64,000 bases of DNA, taken from NCBI GenBank assembly GCA_022736205.1, contig DZAT01000002.1, positions 19,308-83,307 on the forward strand. Direction: 5' to 3'. A program made the translations under genes and the position numbers. The DNA is from Thiomicrospira cyclica. GTDB taxonomy: Bacteria; Pseudomonadota; Gammaproteobacteria; Thiomicrospirales; Thiomicrospiraceae. Positions 37,860 to 47,545 of the stretch are shown one piece after another. The notes beneath the pieces are model-generated. The model did not search any database, had not been told where the DNA came from, and saw nothing but the letters and a program-made list of their open reading frames with translations. Every line of letters begins with the position of its first letter. Within the stretch, counting starts at the first letter, position 1.

Positions 37860-38303
37860 TTACTGCTGAAGTCTGCGCACTTCTTGCCAGCGCAGCGTCA
37901 GCACTTCAACCTTGCGATTGAGCGCATTGTAGCTAAACATACCCAAAATCGCTAACGAAATACCTGCAGCAGTCGCCTTGAGTGCAAAGGCCAATCCCAA
38001 CATCACAGCAGCAGTATCGAACTTACCCCCTTGAGCCAAATCGAAAAAGGCAACCAGCACACCGAGCACCGTACCCAGTAAACCAACGTAGGGCGCGTTA
38101 GAAGCAACCGTTGCTACCAAAGTTAGGTTCTCAGTCAAGGCAATTTGCAAAGATTCGGGCGTGGCAAATTGCATCAAGCTTCCTTTTAAACCACGATAAA
38201 ACCATAACCGCTCGATAACTGCCCATAACCACAACAGACTCATACAACCCAATAAGCCAAAAATAGCAGGATCTAATACCGATTTTAACGTTTCTATCCA
38301 CAT
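37860..38303 (-). CDS. exbB: MotA/TolQ/ExbB proton channel protein (short form)
   Basis: 147 aa, 3 TMs. The segment APYVGLLGTVLGVL is typical of ExbB. Confidence 0.8.
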   Translation of the reverse strand: MWIETLKSVLDPAIFGLLGCMSLLWLWAVIERLWFYRGLKGSLMQFATPESLQIALTENLTLVATVASNAPYVGLLGTVLGVLVAFFDLAQGGKFDTAAVMLGLAFALKATAAGISLAILGMFSYNALNRKVEVLTLRWQEVRRLQQ

Positions 38304-38337
38304 CGCGTTCTTTGTTCCTTTTAACGGTGTTACTGAA

Positions 38338-39252
38338 TTACTTTACTTTTTTAGGGGTTACTTCGGTTGCTGTCATCACTTCCACCATAACGGTAGAGTC
38401 AGCGCCATCGTAGTCTTCTAGCTGATTTTCATGCATAATTTTAATCAAAAAATTAACGTAGCGTTGTCCTAATTCTGAATAGTTTAACAATGTCTTCGCT
38501 AAATTCAGTCCAGAAGGCACATCGCCCAATAAACGATTACGCATGCGCTCCATGCGTGCTGCTCGATAAGCACCTTTGGTATTTAAAATACGCATATACG
38601 CAGAAACAGAGTCTTGTGCCGACTCAAAACGACGAAACTCACCAAGGGTATTCACACCTTTGACACCACACCCCGCCTTAAAACACATAATACCGAAGAA
38701 GTTATTCGCATCTTTTGCCAAACGCGAGGTACCCCATCCTGTTTCAATCGCTGCTTGAGTGAGCACCAACGACGGCGGTACCCCATCAACCCGATGCAGT
38801 AAGTTTTGCCAAAAAGCCAAATTAAACCCTTTACGTTCAACTTCTACTTCATAATCGGTTGCAACATCAACCAGCCATTCTTTTTGCTCTAACGACAACT
38901 TACCTTTTTGCCAGAGTGCGTATAAACGCACCGCTTCTTTACGCTTGAGCGCTATGCGTGCATTCTCGTGACTAATCAACGGCAATAAAGAGGCGACAAA
39001 CACTTGTTTTCGACCATCGGACAAACTAATCGAAGCAAAATTGGGAGCGGGAACGAGTGTAACGGTTAAGGCAACTTCATCATTTTCAGAGCCATCTAAA
39101 GCAATCGTTTCTTGAGAAATGGGCGCACTATCAAATGAAATCAATGCCAAATCACCACGAGGGGCAGGCAAAGCAAACCACCAAGCCAATAAAGCAAAAC
39201 CGACCGCAACGTAAGGCATTGCGGGTGCCCAGCAACGCCAACAAGTTGTCAT
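38338..39252 (-). CDS. Bax-like glucosaminidase-domain protein
   Basis: 304 aa. N-terminal TM. The glucosaminidase motif LTQAAIETGWGTSRLAKDANNFFGI matches E. coli Bax and the FlgJ C-domain. Confidence 0.65.
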   Translation of the reverse strand: MTTCWRCWAPAMPYVAVGFALLAWWFALPAPRGDLALISFDSAPISQETIALDGSENDEVALTVTLVPAPNFASISLSDGRKQVFVASLLPLISHENARIALKRKEAVRLYALWQKGKLSLEQKEWLVDVATDYEVEVERKGFNLAFWQNLLHRVDGVPPSLVLTQAAIETGWGTSRLAKDANNFFGIMCFKAGCGVKGVNTLGEFRRFESAQDSVSAYMRILNTKGAYRAARMERMRNRLLGDVPSGLNLAKTLLNYSELGQRYVNFLIKIMHENQLEDYDGADSTVMVEVMTATEVTPKKVK

Positions 39253-39253
39253 A

Positions 39254-39958
39254 TCACGTTGCTCCCAACCAAACAGAACCCATTAAAGCTTGCCACAAGG
39301 TCAACCCTCCAAACAGCGCAATACCTGCTGCCGCGACGTGTCGTAACCAACGCTGTTGCTGCAGACGCGTTAACCAAAAAGCACTCACGCCCATCAGCAT
39401 CAAATTGGGCAAGGTTCCCAAACCAAATGCCAACATAACCAAACCACCTTCTAGCACCGACCCACTGGATAATGCCAACAACAGCGTGGAGTAGACCAAG
39501 CCACAAGGCAAACACCCCCACAGCAAACCAAACCAGTAAGCACGACTGAGACGGCAAAGTGGTAAAAATCGTGTACGCCATCGCGCCGACACCCCGCCCC
39601 ACCAGCCACCAGAAAGACGCTCTAAACGAGAAGGCAAGGATGACCATCCCAGCAACCAAGCTGCTAAAATGAGCATCCATACCCCTGCAAATGCCAACAA
39701 CCAGCGTTGGACTGAAAGCAAAGAACCCGCTTCTACCAACACCATACCCACAGCACCAGCGATACCACCCAATAACACATAACTGCTCATACGACCTAAG
39801 TTATAGGCTAATTGCATGCTCGCTAAACGCGCGGGGCTTTTCTGAATGTCACTTGCCAGCGCAAAGGTAAATGCGCCCGCTAAAGGGCCACACATACCCA
39901 GACAATGCACACCGCCTAAAAACCCAACCATTAATGCTGTTAGCAATAACTCAAACAT
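39254..39958 (-). CDS. DsbD_2 / TauE-SafE-like membrane protein
   Basis: 234 aa, polytopic. The N-terminal GGVHCLGMCGPL motif is characteristic of the DsbD_2 family, which is often linked to cbb3 and metal-centre assembly loci. Confidence 0.6.
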   Translation of the reverse strand: MFELLLTALMVGFLGGVHCLGMCGPLAGAFTFALASDIQKSPARLASMQLAYNLGRMSSYVLLGGIAGAVGMVLVEAGSLLSVQRWLLAFAGVWMLILAAWLLGWSSLPSRLERLSGGWWGGVSARWRTRFLPLCRLSRAYWFGLLWGCLPCGLVYSTLLLALSSGSVLEGGLVMLAFGLGTLPNLMLMGVSAFWLTRLQQQRWLRHVAAAGIALFGGLTLWQALMGSVWLGAT

Positions 39959-40511
39959 CGGTATTGCTCTGCTTTAATAAACAAAGCCAGTGTGCTAAAG
40001 CGTGCTCCAGTGTACCCGAATTATCAATGACCAGCGCGCCCTCTGGTGCAACAAACTGAGTCGCACGCGATAAACGCTCTTGAATTTGCACTTCTGTCTC
40101 CCGACCTCTTGCACGCAACCGCTGCGCCAATACCTGCGGTTCACAGTGTACCCACACAGGAATCAGTCGAACACCAGACACCTCACAGTGTTGTTGCGCC
40201 TGTAATAAATAAGCTCTAGAACCGTTCAACACCACGGTCAGTCCTTGCTGTAACCAAGACAAAACCTCACGACCAATCGCATACTGTAAATCATGCGATG
40301 CCCAAGTTAGCCAAAAAAGTCCATTAACATCGCGTAGTGCAAACTCAGCTCGACTTAGGCTAATAAAGTTTTCACTCGTGGCATCGGCAGGGCGCGTGAT
40401 GTAACGATGGGCAAAAATAAAAGCGTCGCCATCGAGTGCATGGCGTGCTGCCAACATCAGCGAATCTTTACCCGCGCCAGAAGGCCCCATAACATAAAAT
40501 AGTTGGCGCAT
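39951..40511 (-). CDS. phnN: Ribose 1,5-bisphosphate phosphokinase PhnN
   Basis: ATG 40511 gives MRQLFYVMGPSGAGKDSLM...AHRYITRPADATSENFISLS...VLNGSRAYL, which follows E. coli PhnN closely. The track start at 40529 is a GTG 6 codons upstream. Confidence 0.8.
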   Translation of the reverse strand: MRQLFYVMGPSGAGKDSLMLAARHALDGDAFIFAHRYITRPADATSENFISLSRAEFALRDVNGLFWLTWASHDLQYAIGREVLSWLQQGLTVVLNGSRAYLLQAQQHCEVSGVRLIPVWVHCEPQVLAQRLRARGRETEVQIQERLSRATQFVAPEGALVIDNSGTLEHALAHWLCLLKQSNTDV

Positions 40512-40657
40512 AATCACAAACAGCCGCACTCAAAAAGTTGAATAAGTGAACATTATAATGACTTAGGCGTTAACATGCATTTTTGCCTTGCTATTGTCAT
40601 CCAATTGTCACCTCTTCATGAGATAATCATGTGATAAATCGTAAAAGAGAAAACACC

Positions 40658-42760
40658 ATGAACACGCCAAATTGTCCTGCAATTGACAAAAGTTATAACC
40701 CGTTTATCAACAGAGAAACGTCTGTACTGGCGTTTAATCGTCGGGTGTTAAGCATGGCATTTAATGAACAGTTTCCGCTATTAGAACGCCTACGTTATCT
40801 CTGCATTTCATCGAGTAATTTAGATGAGTTTTTCGAAATTCGCTATGCCAGTTTACTCGAATTAGCGAAAGACCCCGATGCACGTACCAAGCCCGATGGC
40901 ATGCGCCCAGTCGATGCGATTGCCTTGGTAAACGAAACAGCACACAAACTGGTCAACGATCAATACGACACCTTACAAAATACCGTACTACCCGCATTAG
41001 AAAATGCAGGTGTGCGTTTTTTGCGCCGCGATCGCTGGACAAACGAAATCACAGCATGGGTTGCCAATTATTTCGATAACGAGCTACAGCCATTATTAAC
41101 GCCATTGGGTTTAGACCCATCGCACCCCTTCCCACGCTTATTGAATAAATCCCTTAACTTTATCGTCCCCATGTCTGGGCACGATGCTTTTGGTCGAATG
41201 GGTGAACTTGCTGTGGTACAAGTGCCACGCGCCTTACCGCGCATTATTCAACTTCCCGAAAGCATTACGGGCGAAGCGCACGACTTTATTTTCTTATCGT
41301 CTGCCATTCATGCCAATGTACAAAAACTGTTTCCTGGTATGACCGTCAAAGGCTGCTATCAATTTCGCGTCACACGCAACTCCAACTTGTTTGTCGACGA
41401 AGAGGAAGTGGACGACTTGCTCACCGCCTTGCAAGGCGAGCTGTCATCGCGAAAATACGGCAATGCCGTTCGTTTAGAAGTTGCTGATAATTGTCCAGAT
41501 AGCGTTGCGGACTATCTACTGCAACGTTTTCGTTTACCTGCCAATGCGTTATTTAAAGTGAACGGCCCTGTCAACCTGCACCGTCTGTCTGCCATTCCTG
41601 ACATGGTTAGCAACCGACCTGATCTGCTATTCCCACCTTACACGCCGAGCATTCCCAGTGCTTTTGAAGATGCGGGCAGTTTAGAGTGTAAGAGCTGTAG
41701 CATTTTTGAAACCCTTAAAGCGCAAGACATTCTATTGCACCATCCCTTCCAGTCTTTTGCACCTGTGGTCAATTTCATTCGTCAAGCCTCGTCAGACGAT
41801 CAAGTGCTCGCCATTCGCATGACGCTTTATCGCACGGGCACTAACTCTGCCATTGTCGAAGCGTTAGAACAAGCAGCAAAGCGCGGTAAAGAAGTCACCG
41901 CTGTCATCGAACTGCGTGCACGCTTCGATGAAGACAACAACATTCAGCAAGCCACGCGTTTACAAGAAGCTGGTGCACATGTTGTCTATGGTGTCGTTGG
42001 CTACAAAACACATGCCAAAATGATTTCGGTATTACGCAAAGAAAGTGATGGTTTGCGTTATTACACACACCTAGGCACAGGCAACTATCATGCAGGTACA
42101 GCCCGCGTTTATACCGACTTTGGCTTAATGACCAGTGCTGCCGACATCGGACGTGATGTAAACCGTATTTTTCAACAGCTCACCAGCTTCGCCAACGCAA
42201 CCGACCTCGAAGTGCTATGGCAAGCACCGCACAGCCTGCATCGCAATATCAAAGCCGCTATTGCTCAAGAAACAGCGAATGCCCTTGCAGGCAAGCCTGC
42301 TCGCATTGTGGCTAAAATGAATGGACTGCAACAACGCGATGTGATTGAAGCACTGTATACAGCCAGTCAGGCAGGTGTGCAAATCGACCTGATTGTGCGT
42401 GGCTTGTGCAGCCTACGCCCAGGTGTTGTGGGACTATCTGAAAACATTCGTGTGCGTTCTATTTTAGGACGCTTCTTAGAACATCACCGTGTGTTCTATT
42501 TTCAAAACGACGAAAAACCAACCATTTGGCTGGCAAGTGCCGACTGGATGAGTCGAAACCTGCTCTCTCGTGTCGAAACCTGCTTCCCTATTCGCAATCC
42601 CGAACTGGCAAAGCGTGTGTTCGAAGAGTCACTCGAAAACTACCTAAAAGATACCAATAGCTGGCAACTCTGCTCAAACGGTGATTATATTCAGCACCAA
42701 GCACAAGGCACTGAACACATTAGCGCCCAGCAGCTAATGATAGAAAAATACCAAAAATAA
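40658..42760 (+). CDS. ppk1: Polyphosphate kinase 1
   Basis: About 700 aa. YNPFINRETSVLAFNRRVL and LERLRYLCISSSNLDEFFEIR, plus two PLD-like HKD-type domains (YKTHAKM). I chose ATG 40658; the track start at 40631 is a GTG. Confidence 0.93.
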   Translation: MNTPNCPAIDKSYNPFINRETSVLAFNRRVLSMAFNEQFPLLERLRYLCISSSNLDEFFEIRYASLLELAKDPDARTKPDGMRPVDAIALVNETAHKLVNDQYDTLQNTVLPALENAGVRFLRRDRWTNEITAWVANYFDNELQPLLTPLGLDPSHPFPRLLNKSLNFIVPMSGHDAFGRMGELAVVQVPRALPRIIQLPESITGEAHDFIFLSSAIHANVQKLFPGMTVKGCYQFRVTRNSNLFVDEEEVDDLLTALQGELSSRKYGNAVRLEVADNCPDSVADYLLQRFRLPANALFKVNGPVNLHRLSAIPDMVSNRPDLLFPPYTPSIPSAFEDAGSLECKSCSIFETLKAQDILLHHPFQSFAPVVNFIRQASSDDQVLAIRMTLYRTGTNSAIVEALEQAAKRGKEVTAVIELRARFDEDNNIQQATRLQEAGAHVVYGVVGYKTHAKMISVLRKESDGLRYYTHLGTGNYHAGTARVYTDFGLMTSAADIGRDVNRIFQQLTSFANATDLEVLWQAPHSLHRNIKAAIAQETANALAGKPARIVAKMNGLQQRDVIEALYTASQAGVQIDLIVRGLCSLRPGVVGLSENIRVRSILGRFLEHHRVFYFQNDEKPTIWLASADWMSRNLLSRVETCFPIRNPELAKRVFEESLENYLKDTNSWQLCSNGDYIQHQAQGTEHISAQQLMIEKYQK

Positions 42761-42809
42761 AGGCAGGTAAAGTAGAATGGTATCATCGTACTTTGTAAGA
42801 CTTTAAACC

Positions 42810-44306
42810 ATGCCATCAACCAGCTATGCCGCCATCGACTTAGGGTCAAACAGCTTCCATATGATCATTGCGCGCGAAGTGGATGGTCAGTTACAACTCC
42901 TTGATCGGCACAAAGAGACAGTACGCTTGCGCATGGGGCTAGACGCGCAAGGCAATTTAGACAACCATGCACAAGAGCGTGCACTGGCTTGTTTAACGCG
43001 CTTTGGACAACGCTTACGTGGCATTCAGTCGCAAAACATTCGGGCGGTTGGCACCAACACCCTACGACTTGCCAGCAATGCAGGGGACTTTTTGTTGCGT
43101 GCAGAAGCGGCTTTGGGCGCACAAATCGATATTATTGCTGGTCACGAAGAAGCACGTTTGATTTACCTAGGCGTATCGCATTTTTTACCCAGCGATGACA
43201 GTCAGCGGCTTGTGGTTGATATTGGTGGTGGCAGCACCGAATTTATTATTGGCACACATTTTAACCCCCACACCATGACCAGTACCGAAATGGGCTGTGT
43301 TGCCATCAGCCAAACCTTCGATCTCACGGCTCATATCGACAAAGCGCAGTTTTTTCATGCCGTTAATGCGTGTCAATTGGTGTTACGCCCACATGTTGCT
43401 AAACTTCGCGCGCTCGGCTGGGATAAAGCCATTGGTGCCAGTGGCAGTATTAAAGCCATCTGCGACATACTGAACCAAAACAACTGGTCGAACGATGGCA
43501 TTAGCCTAGAGGGTATGTATGCGCTACGTGATGCCCTCACCAGCGGTAAAAAACTGAGCGAGATTAAACTTTCTGGGTTATCCGACGATCGCAAACCTGT
43601 TATTGGTGGCGGCTTAGCCGTTTTAATCGCTGCATTTGAGTTGCTCGATATTAAGCGCATGCAAGTATCGGCTGGCGCACTGCGTGAAGGGCTGATTTTG
43701 GATAAACTTGGGCGTGTCCACCACACCCAAGATGCGCGTGAAGCGAGCATCCTGTCTCTCATCGCCTCTAGCCGTATCGACAGCGCTCAGGCAAATCGTG
43801 TTGCCGACTGCGCAGCGCGTTTTTTTAAACAAGTGCACATCGCTTGGCAACTACAACACCCAACACTGCCATTAGAACAATTATTACGCTGGGCGGCACT
43901 GTCACATGAAGTCGGCTATTTTATTTCGAGTCGCAAATACCGTCAACACAGTGCCTACATACTAGAACACGCCGACTTGGCAGGATTTAATCAGGAAGAA
44001 CAAAAACTCGTTGCTTGGTTAGCACTGTATCACCGCTCAAAATTCAACAGCAAAGATATGATGCCGCTACCCGAAGAAGTGAGCGATGTCATGCTTAAAC
44101 TACTGGTCGTACTTCGTCTCGCAACCCGACTACATCGTGGAAGAGAAAACAACCTAACCTTGCCCAACCTACATGTTGACGGTCGGCAGATGACGTTGCA
44201 ATTTCCACCCAACTGGTTAACCGAAAACCCACTGACGCAATTAGATTTAGAAATCGAAGCAAAGCGATTAGAAGGTGCAGGCTTTAACTTAGTATTGACC
44301 GAGTGA
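42810..44306 (+). CDS. ppx: Exopolyphosphatase (Ppx/GppA family)
   Basis: 498 aa. N-terminal ASKHA motif AAIDLGSNSFHMIIAR, then DIGGGSTE. Lies downstream of ppk1. Confidence 0.88.
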   Translation: MPSTSYAAIDLGSNSFHMIIAREVDGQLQLLDRHKETVRLRMGLDAQGNLDNHAQERALACLTRFGQRLRGIQSQNIRAVGTNTLRLASNAGDFLLRAEAALGAQIDIIAGHEEARLIYLGVSHFLPSDDSQRLVVDIGGGSTEFIIGTHFNPHTMTSTEMGCVAISQTFDLTAHIDKAQFFHAVNACQLVLRPHVAKLRALGWDKAIGASGSIKAICDILNQNNWSNDGISLEGMYALRDALTSGKKLSEIKLSGLSDDRKPVIGGGLAVLIAAFELLDIKRMQVSAGALREGLILDKLGRVHHTQDAREASILSLIASSRIDSAQANRVADCAARFFKQVHIAWQLQHPTLPLEQLLRWAALSHEVGYFISSRKYRQHSAYILEHADLAGFNQEEQKLVAWLALYHRSKFNSKDMMPLPEEVSDVMLKLLVVLRLATRLHRGRENNLTLPNLHVDGRQMTLQFPPNWLTENPLTQLDLEIEAKRLEGAGFNLVLTE

Positions 44307-44359
44307 CATTGCGCTGAAAGAACAGCGCAGCTGCAACGCCAGCGTGCTGTGCTGCTAGT

Positions 44360-45265
44360 TTAGGCTGGCATCTCGTCAGCTAACTCCAGCCAGCCCTCTT
44401 GACTCACCAATAAGCCAACACGTTTTGCCGTCTGTTTAAAGTCATCTGCGGTTAAGCCGATCGCAACCAAACGCAACTGCGTTAACTCGGGCAACACACC
44501 AGGGGTCGATGCACAAATGCCGTTATTAAAACCCAAATAGAAAGTCATGCTTTCGGCTGCAAGCAACACGTCTGCCCAAGGCTGCATGTCTTTAGACAAG
44601 CGTGCGGGAAAATGATGCCCTGCAACGGCCATAACCCACTCTTCAGGAAAATGCCAAGAACGCAATAGAACAGCGCCTGCAATCGCATGATTGACCCCTA
44701 ATTCTTGTTGCTCAATCTGTGCTAAAGCAGTCGGATTGTCTCTGGCTAATAGCGCAACCTCACGATAACGATCAGCGCAACAACTGTCTAACAGAAAAAT
44801 ACCCAAATCATGTGCAAGCCCTAAGGTAAAAGCGGTCGATGTATCTAATTGTCGACCCTGTTTTTGCATCAGCAACACCAATTCACGAGCAGCGACGGCT
44901 GCAACAAAGGCGTTACGCCAAAACTGTCTTGCCGAAAATGTCTGGGGAATTGTCATCATATTCATAAATGCAGCAGCGCAGGCCAACATTCGGGTTGTCG
45001 AAAAGCCCAATCGACGTACCGCCTCCTCTAGCGTTTGTGCGGGTGCATGCATCACATACTTTGCCGAATTGACGGTTTTCATGATCCGCGCAACCACACC
45101 TACGTCTGCTTCGAGTACCGCCGTCACCGAATCGACCGAAACACTGGGGTCTTGCAATGCGGCATCTAATCGAGAAATCACCGATGGAAACATCGGCAAT
45201 GCCTTATGCTCTTCTAGCCAACGATTAAGTAACTGAGCGGTTAATTTAGGTTGACTGTCACTCAT
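44360..45265 (-). CDS. HDOD domain protein
   Basis: About 301 aa from ATG 45265 (MSDSQPKL...). The HDOD pattern is LPMFPSVISRLDAAL, VNSAKY and AVRRLGF. Its ATG overlaps the upstream paralog stop as ATGA. Confidence 0.75.
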   Translation of the reverse strand: MSDSQPKLTAQLLNRWLEEHKALPMFPSVISRLDAALQDPSVSVDSVTAVLEADVGVVARIMKTVNSAKYVMHAPAQTLEEAVRRLGFSTTRMLACAAAFMNMMTIPQTFSARQFWRNAFVAAVAARELVLLMQKQGRQLDTSTAFTLGLAHDLGIFLLDSCCADRYREVALLARDNPTALAQIEQQELGVNHAIAGAVLLRSWHFPEEWVMAVAGHHFPARLSKDMQPWADVLLAAESMTFYLGFNNGICASTPGVLPELTQLRLVAIGLTADDFKQTAKRVGLLVSQEGWLELADEMPA

Positions 45266-46155
45266 TGCACACTGTCCGCCAATTCTAACCAACCTTCTGC
45301 TTGTAAACCATCCGCAACATCAGCCGACAGATCGGTTAATATCGCCCCTGAAATACCATATGCCTCACCACGCGAAAGAACCAAATCGTGCATGGCAGCA
45401 GAAGGCGCATCATAAACCCCATTACCAAATCCCAGAGTAACAGCAATGTATTCGGCAAATAACACCACGTCAGCCAAAGGCTGTAACTCGGGTTGCAACC
45501 TTGCAGGAAAATGATGCGCAGCAACAGCCATCGCCATATAATCAGCAAAGCCCCACTGCTTCAACAAAGCAGCGCCGATAATGGCATGCGTTGTACCCAG
45601 TATTTTCTGTTCCATCATGCTCTGCTCTTCGTTTGCCACCGATGCCAATACCTGTGCAAATTCGTTTGGACTAAACAGATCTAACAAGAGCACGCCGACT
45701 TCGTGCGACAACCCCATCAGAAAAGCCGTTGGCGCATCGCAAACACGCTGCTGTTTGACACGTAAAAACCACCCCGCCAGCTCACGAGCCGCGACTGCGG
45801 AAGCAAATGCATGACGCCAAAAAACGCTCACATTAATATGGGTCGGCTTCATAAAACCAGCCGTGTAAGAAACCGCAAAAGCGACTGCGCGGACTTCGGC
45901 GAATCCCAAGCGCGATACCGCATCCAACAGGTCTTTGGGTGGCTTCATACCATATCGAACCGAACAGGCAGCACGCATAATACGAGAAGCAATCAGCATA
46001 TCCGCCGCAACGATGGTAACCACCTGATCAACGTTCACATTGTCTTGAGCAAGCACCTCGTCCAGCTTCAGGATAACCGCTGGGAAAACAGGCAATGCTT
46101 TACGTTCGTGCAATGAACGCAACACCATACTGCTCGACACTTTTGCACCTTGCAT
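45262..46155 (-). CDS. HDOD domain protein (tandem paralog)
   Basis: 297 aa with the same architecture: LPVFPAVILKLDEVL, AVSRLGF, GLSHEVGVLLLD. Confidence 0.75.
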   Translation of the reverse strand: MQGAKVSSSMVLRSLHERKALPVFPAVILKLDEVLAQDNVNVDQVVTIVAADMLIASRIMRAACSVRYGMKPPKDLLDAVSRLGFAEVRAVAFAVSYTAGFMKPTHINVSVFWRHAFASAVAARELAGWFLRVKQQRVCDAPTAFLMGLSHEVGVLLLDLFSPNEFAQVLASVANEEQSMMEQKILGTTHAIIGAALLKQWGFADYMAMAVAAHHFPARLQPELQPLADVVLFAEYIAVTLGFGNGVYDAPSAAMHDLVLSRGEAYGISGAILTDLSADVADGLQAEGWLELADSVQ

Positions 46156-46293
46156 GATACTTCCTTGTATAAAAACCCAGCTTAAACCCCATCAAAATTC
46201 GCAAGATATTAGAAAAAATAGTTACGAATGATTATTTTGCTTCATTTATAATGTTGGTGCAAGCATAACGCATCAAGAGGTCATAAAAGCATC

Positions 46294-47085
46294 ATGAATC
46301 CACTTAACCCCATTCTGATTATCCTAGCAAGTGCATTGCTTTCGGCTTGTGCAACCAGTCCATTAGGACGCTCGCAACTGCTCATGCAAAGCGAAAGCGG
46401 ACTCGCAACTGCTGCGACTCAAGAATACGATCAAATGAAAAAAGAAACGCCCGTCAGTAAAAACAAAGCACTGACCGCTTACGTGCAATGCGTCGTGCGT
46501 CCTTTAACCAGTGAAGTTGTAGGGGATTGGGAAGTGACTTTATTTGAATCAGAACAGGCAAACGCCTTTGCCCTACCTGGTGGTAAAATTGGGGTTTACA
46601 CGGGCATGCTATCGGTTGCCAACAACCAAGACAGACTCGCAGCGGTGGTTGGTCACGAAATTGCCCATGTGTTATCCCACCATGCCAACGAACGCGCCAG
46701 CGCAGCGACCCTTGCAAACATCGGACTGGTTGTGGTCGGGATTGCCGCTAACAGTCGCAACCAAAGCAATCAGCTTGCTGTTGCTGCGCTGGGCTTGGGT
46801 GTGCAATATGGCATTATTATGCCTTACTCGCGCACACACGAAAGTGAGGCAGATTTATTAGGATTAGACATCATGGCAAAAGCTGGCTTTAACCCAGCAG
46901 AAGCCCCTAAACTTTGGGAAGTGATGAAATCAGGAAAAAAAGAAAGCATCCCCGAATGGATGTCCACGCATCCATCTGAAGACAGCCGCATTCAGGCGTT
47001 ACAAGATCGACAAGGCGAAGCACTATCACTGATGCAAGCCGCACATGCTGCGGGTAAACATCCTAACTGTGTCATGCCAAAATAA
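46294..47085 (+). CDS. M48-family zinc metallopeptidase lipoprotein
   Basis: 263 aa. Lipobox LLSAC, HEIAHVLSHH zinc motif and a downstream ESEAD. Confidence 0.8.
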   Translation: MNPLNPILIILASALLSACATSPLGRSQLLMQSESGLATAATQEYDQMKKETPVSKNKALTAYVQCVVRPLTSEVVGDWEVTLFESEQANAFALPGGKIGVYTGMLSVANNQDRLAAVVGHEIAHVLSHHANERASAATLANIGLVVVGIAANSRNQSNQLAVAALGLGVQYGIIMPYSRTHESEADLLGLDIMAKAGFNPAEAPKLWEVMKSGKKESIPEWMSTHPSEDSRIQALQDRQGEALSLMQAAHAAGKHPNCVMPK

Positions 47086-47089
47086 AAAA

Positions 47090-47108
47090 GGGCTGCAACT
47101 TGCAGCCC
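47090..47108. terminator. Bidirectional terminator hairpin between convergent M48 and PBP-like genes
   Basis: GGGCTGCA-ACT-TGCAGCCC forms a perfect 8-bp stem, preceded by an A-run. Confidence 0.55.
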
Positions 47109-47128
47109 TACTTGCGAGATAAACAGAA

Positions 47129-47533
47129 TTACTTTTTCAGTAATACTTTAACGCTCGCATCGACCTTACTCTCATCAATATAACCGACAGCACCAGGTGT
47201 TGTCGCAACGAATAGCTTCACGGCAGCATCGTCTGCAACTTCTTTTGGTGGCGTGCCCTTACCTGTAAAGACCATTTCGGTACGGTAAGCTTTAACTTCA
47301 TCTTCTGTCTGACCCACAACACCTTCATAAAAAGCTTTGCGCGAAGCCGAGCCTTCTTTTTGATCAACAGGTGTTACAACACCGCCAGCTAGTTCTGACT
47401 TTTTACCCATAAACACTTTTTTAATGTCTTTATCGGTAGCGCCATCACCCACACTCGGATTCGCAATCACCGCCACACCCGCTTGAGCAGTGAAAGAAGC
47501 AACCAATAAAGAAAGCAATACGAATTTGTTCAT
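47129..47533 (-). CDS. Small periplasmic PBP-like (PstS-superfamily) domain protein
   Basis: 134 aa. Signal peptide MNKFVLLSLLVASFTAQA. The C-terminal ...TPGAVGYIDESKVDASVKVL resembles phosphate-binding-protein-like domains. Confidence 0.5.
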   Translation of the reverse strand: MNKFVLLSLLVASFTAQAGVAVIANPSVGDGATDKDIKKVFMGKKSELAGGVVTPVDQKEGSASRKAFYEGVVGQTEDEVKAYRTEMVFTGKGTPPKEVADDAAVKLFVATTPGAVGYIDESKVDASVKVLLKK

Positions 47534-47545
47534 TATGGTTACTCC

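Noticed and set aside
39249-39680. 143-aa ORF overlapping the DsbD_2-like gene
   Set aside because: It is an alternative frame of a gene whose main frame carries the GGVHCLGMCGPL family motif and coherent TM segments.
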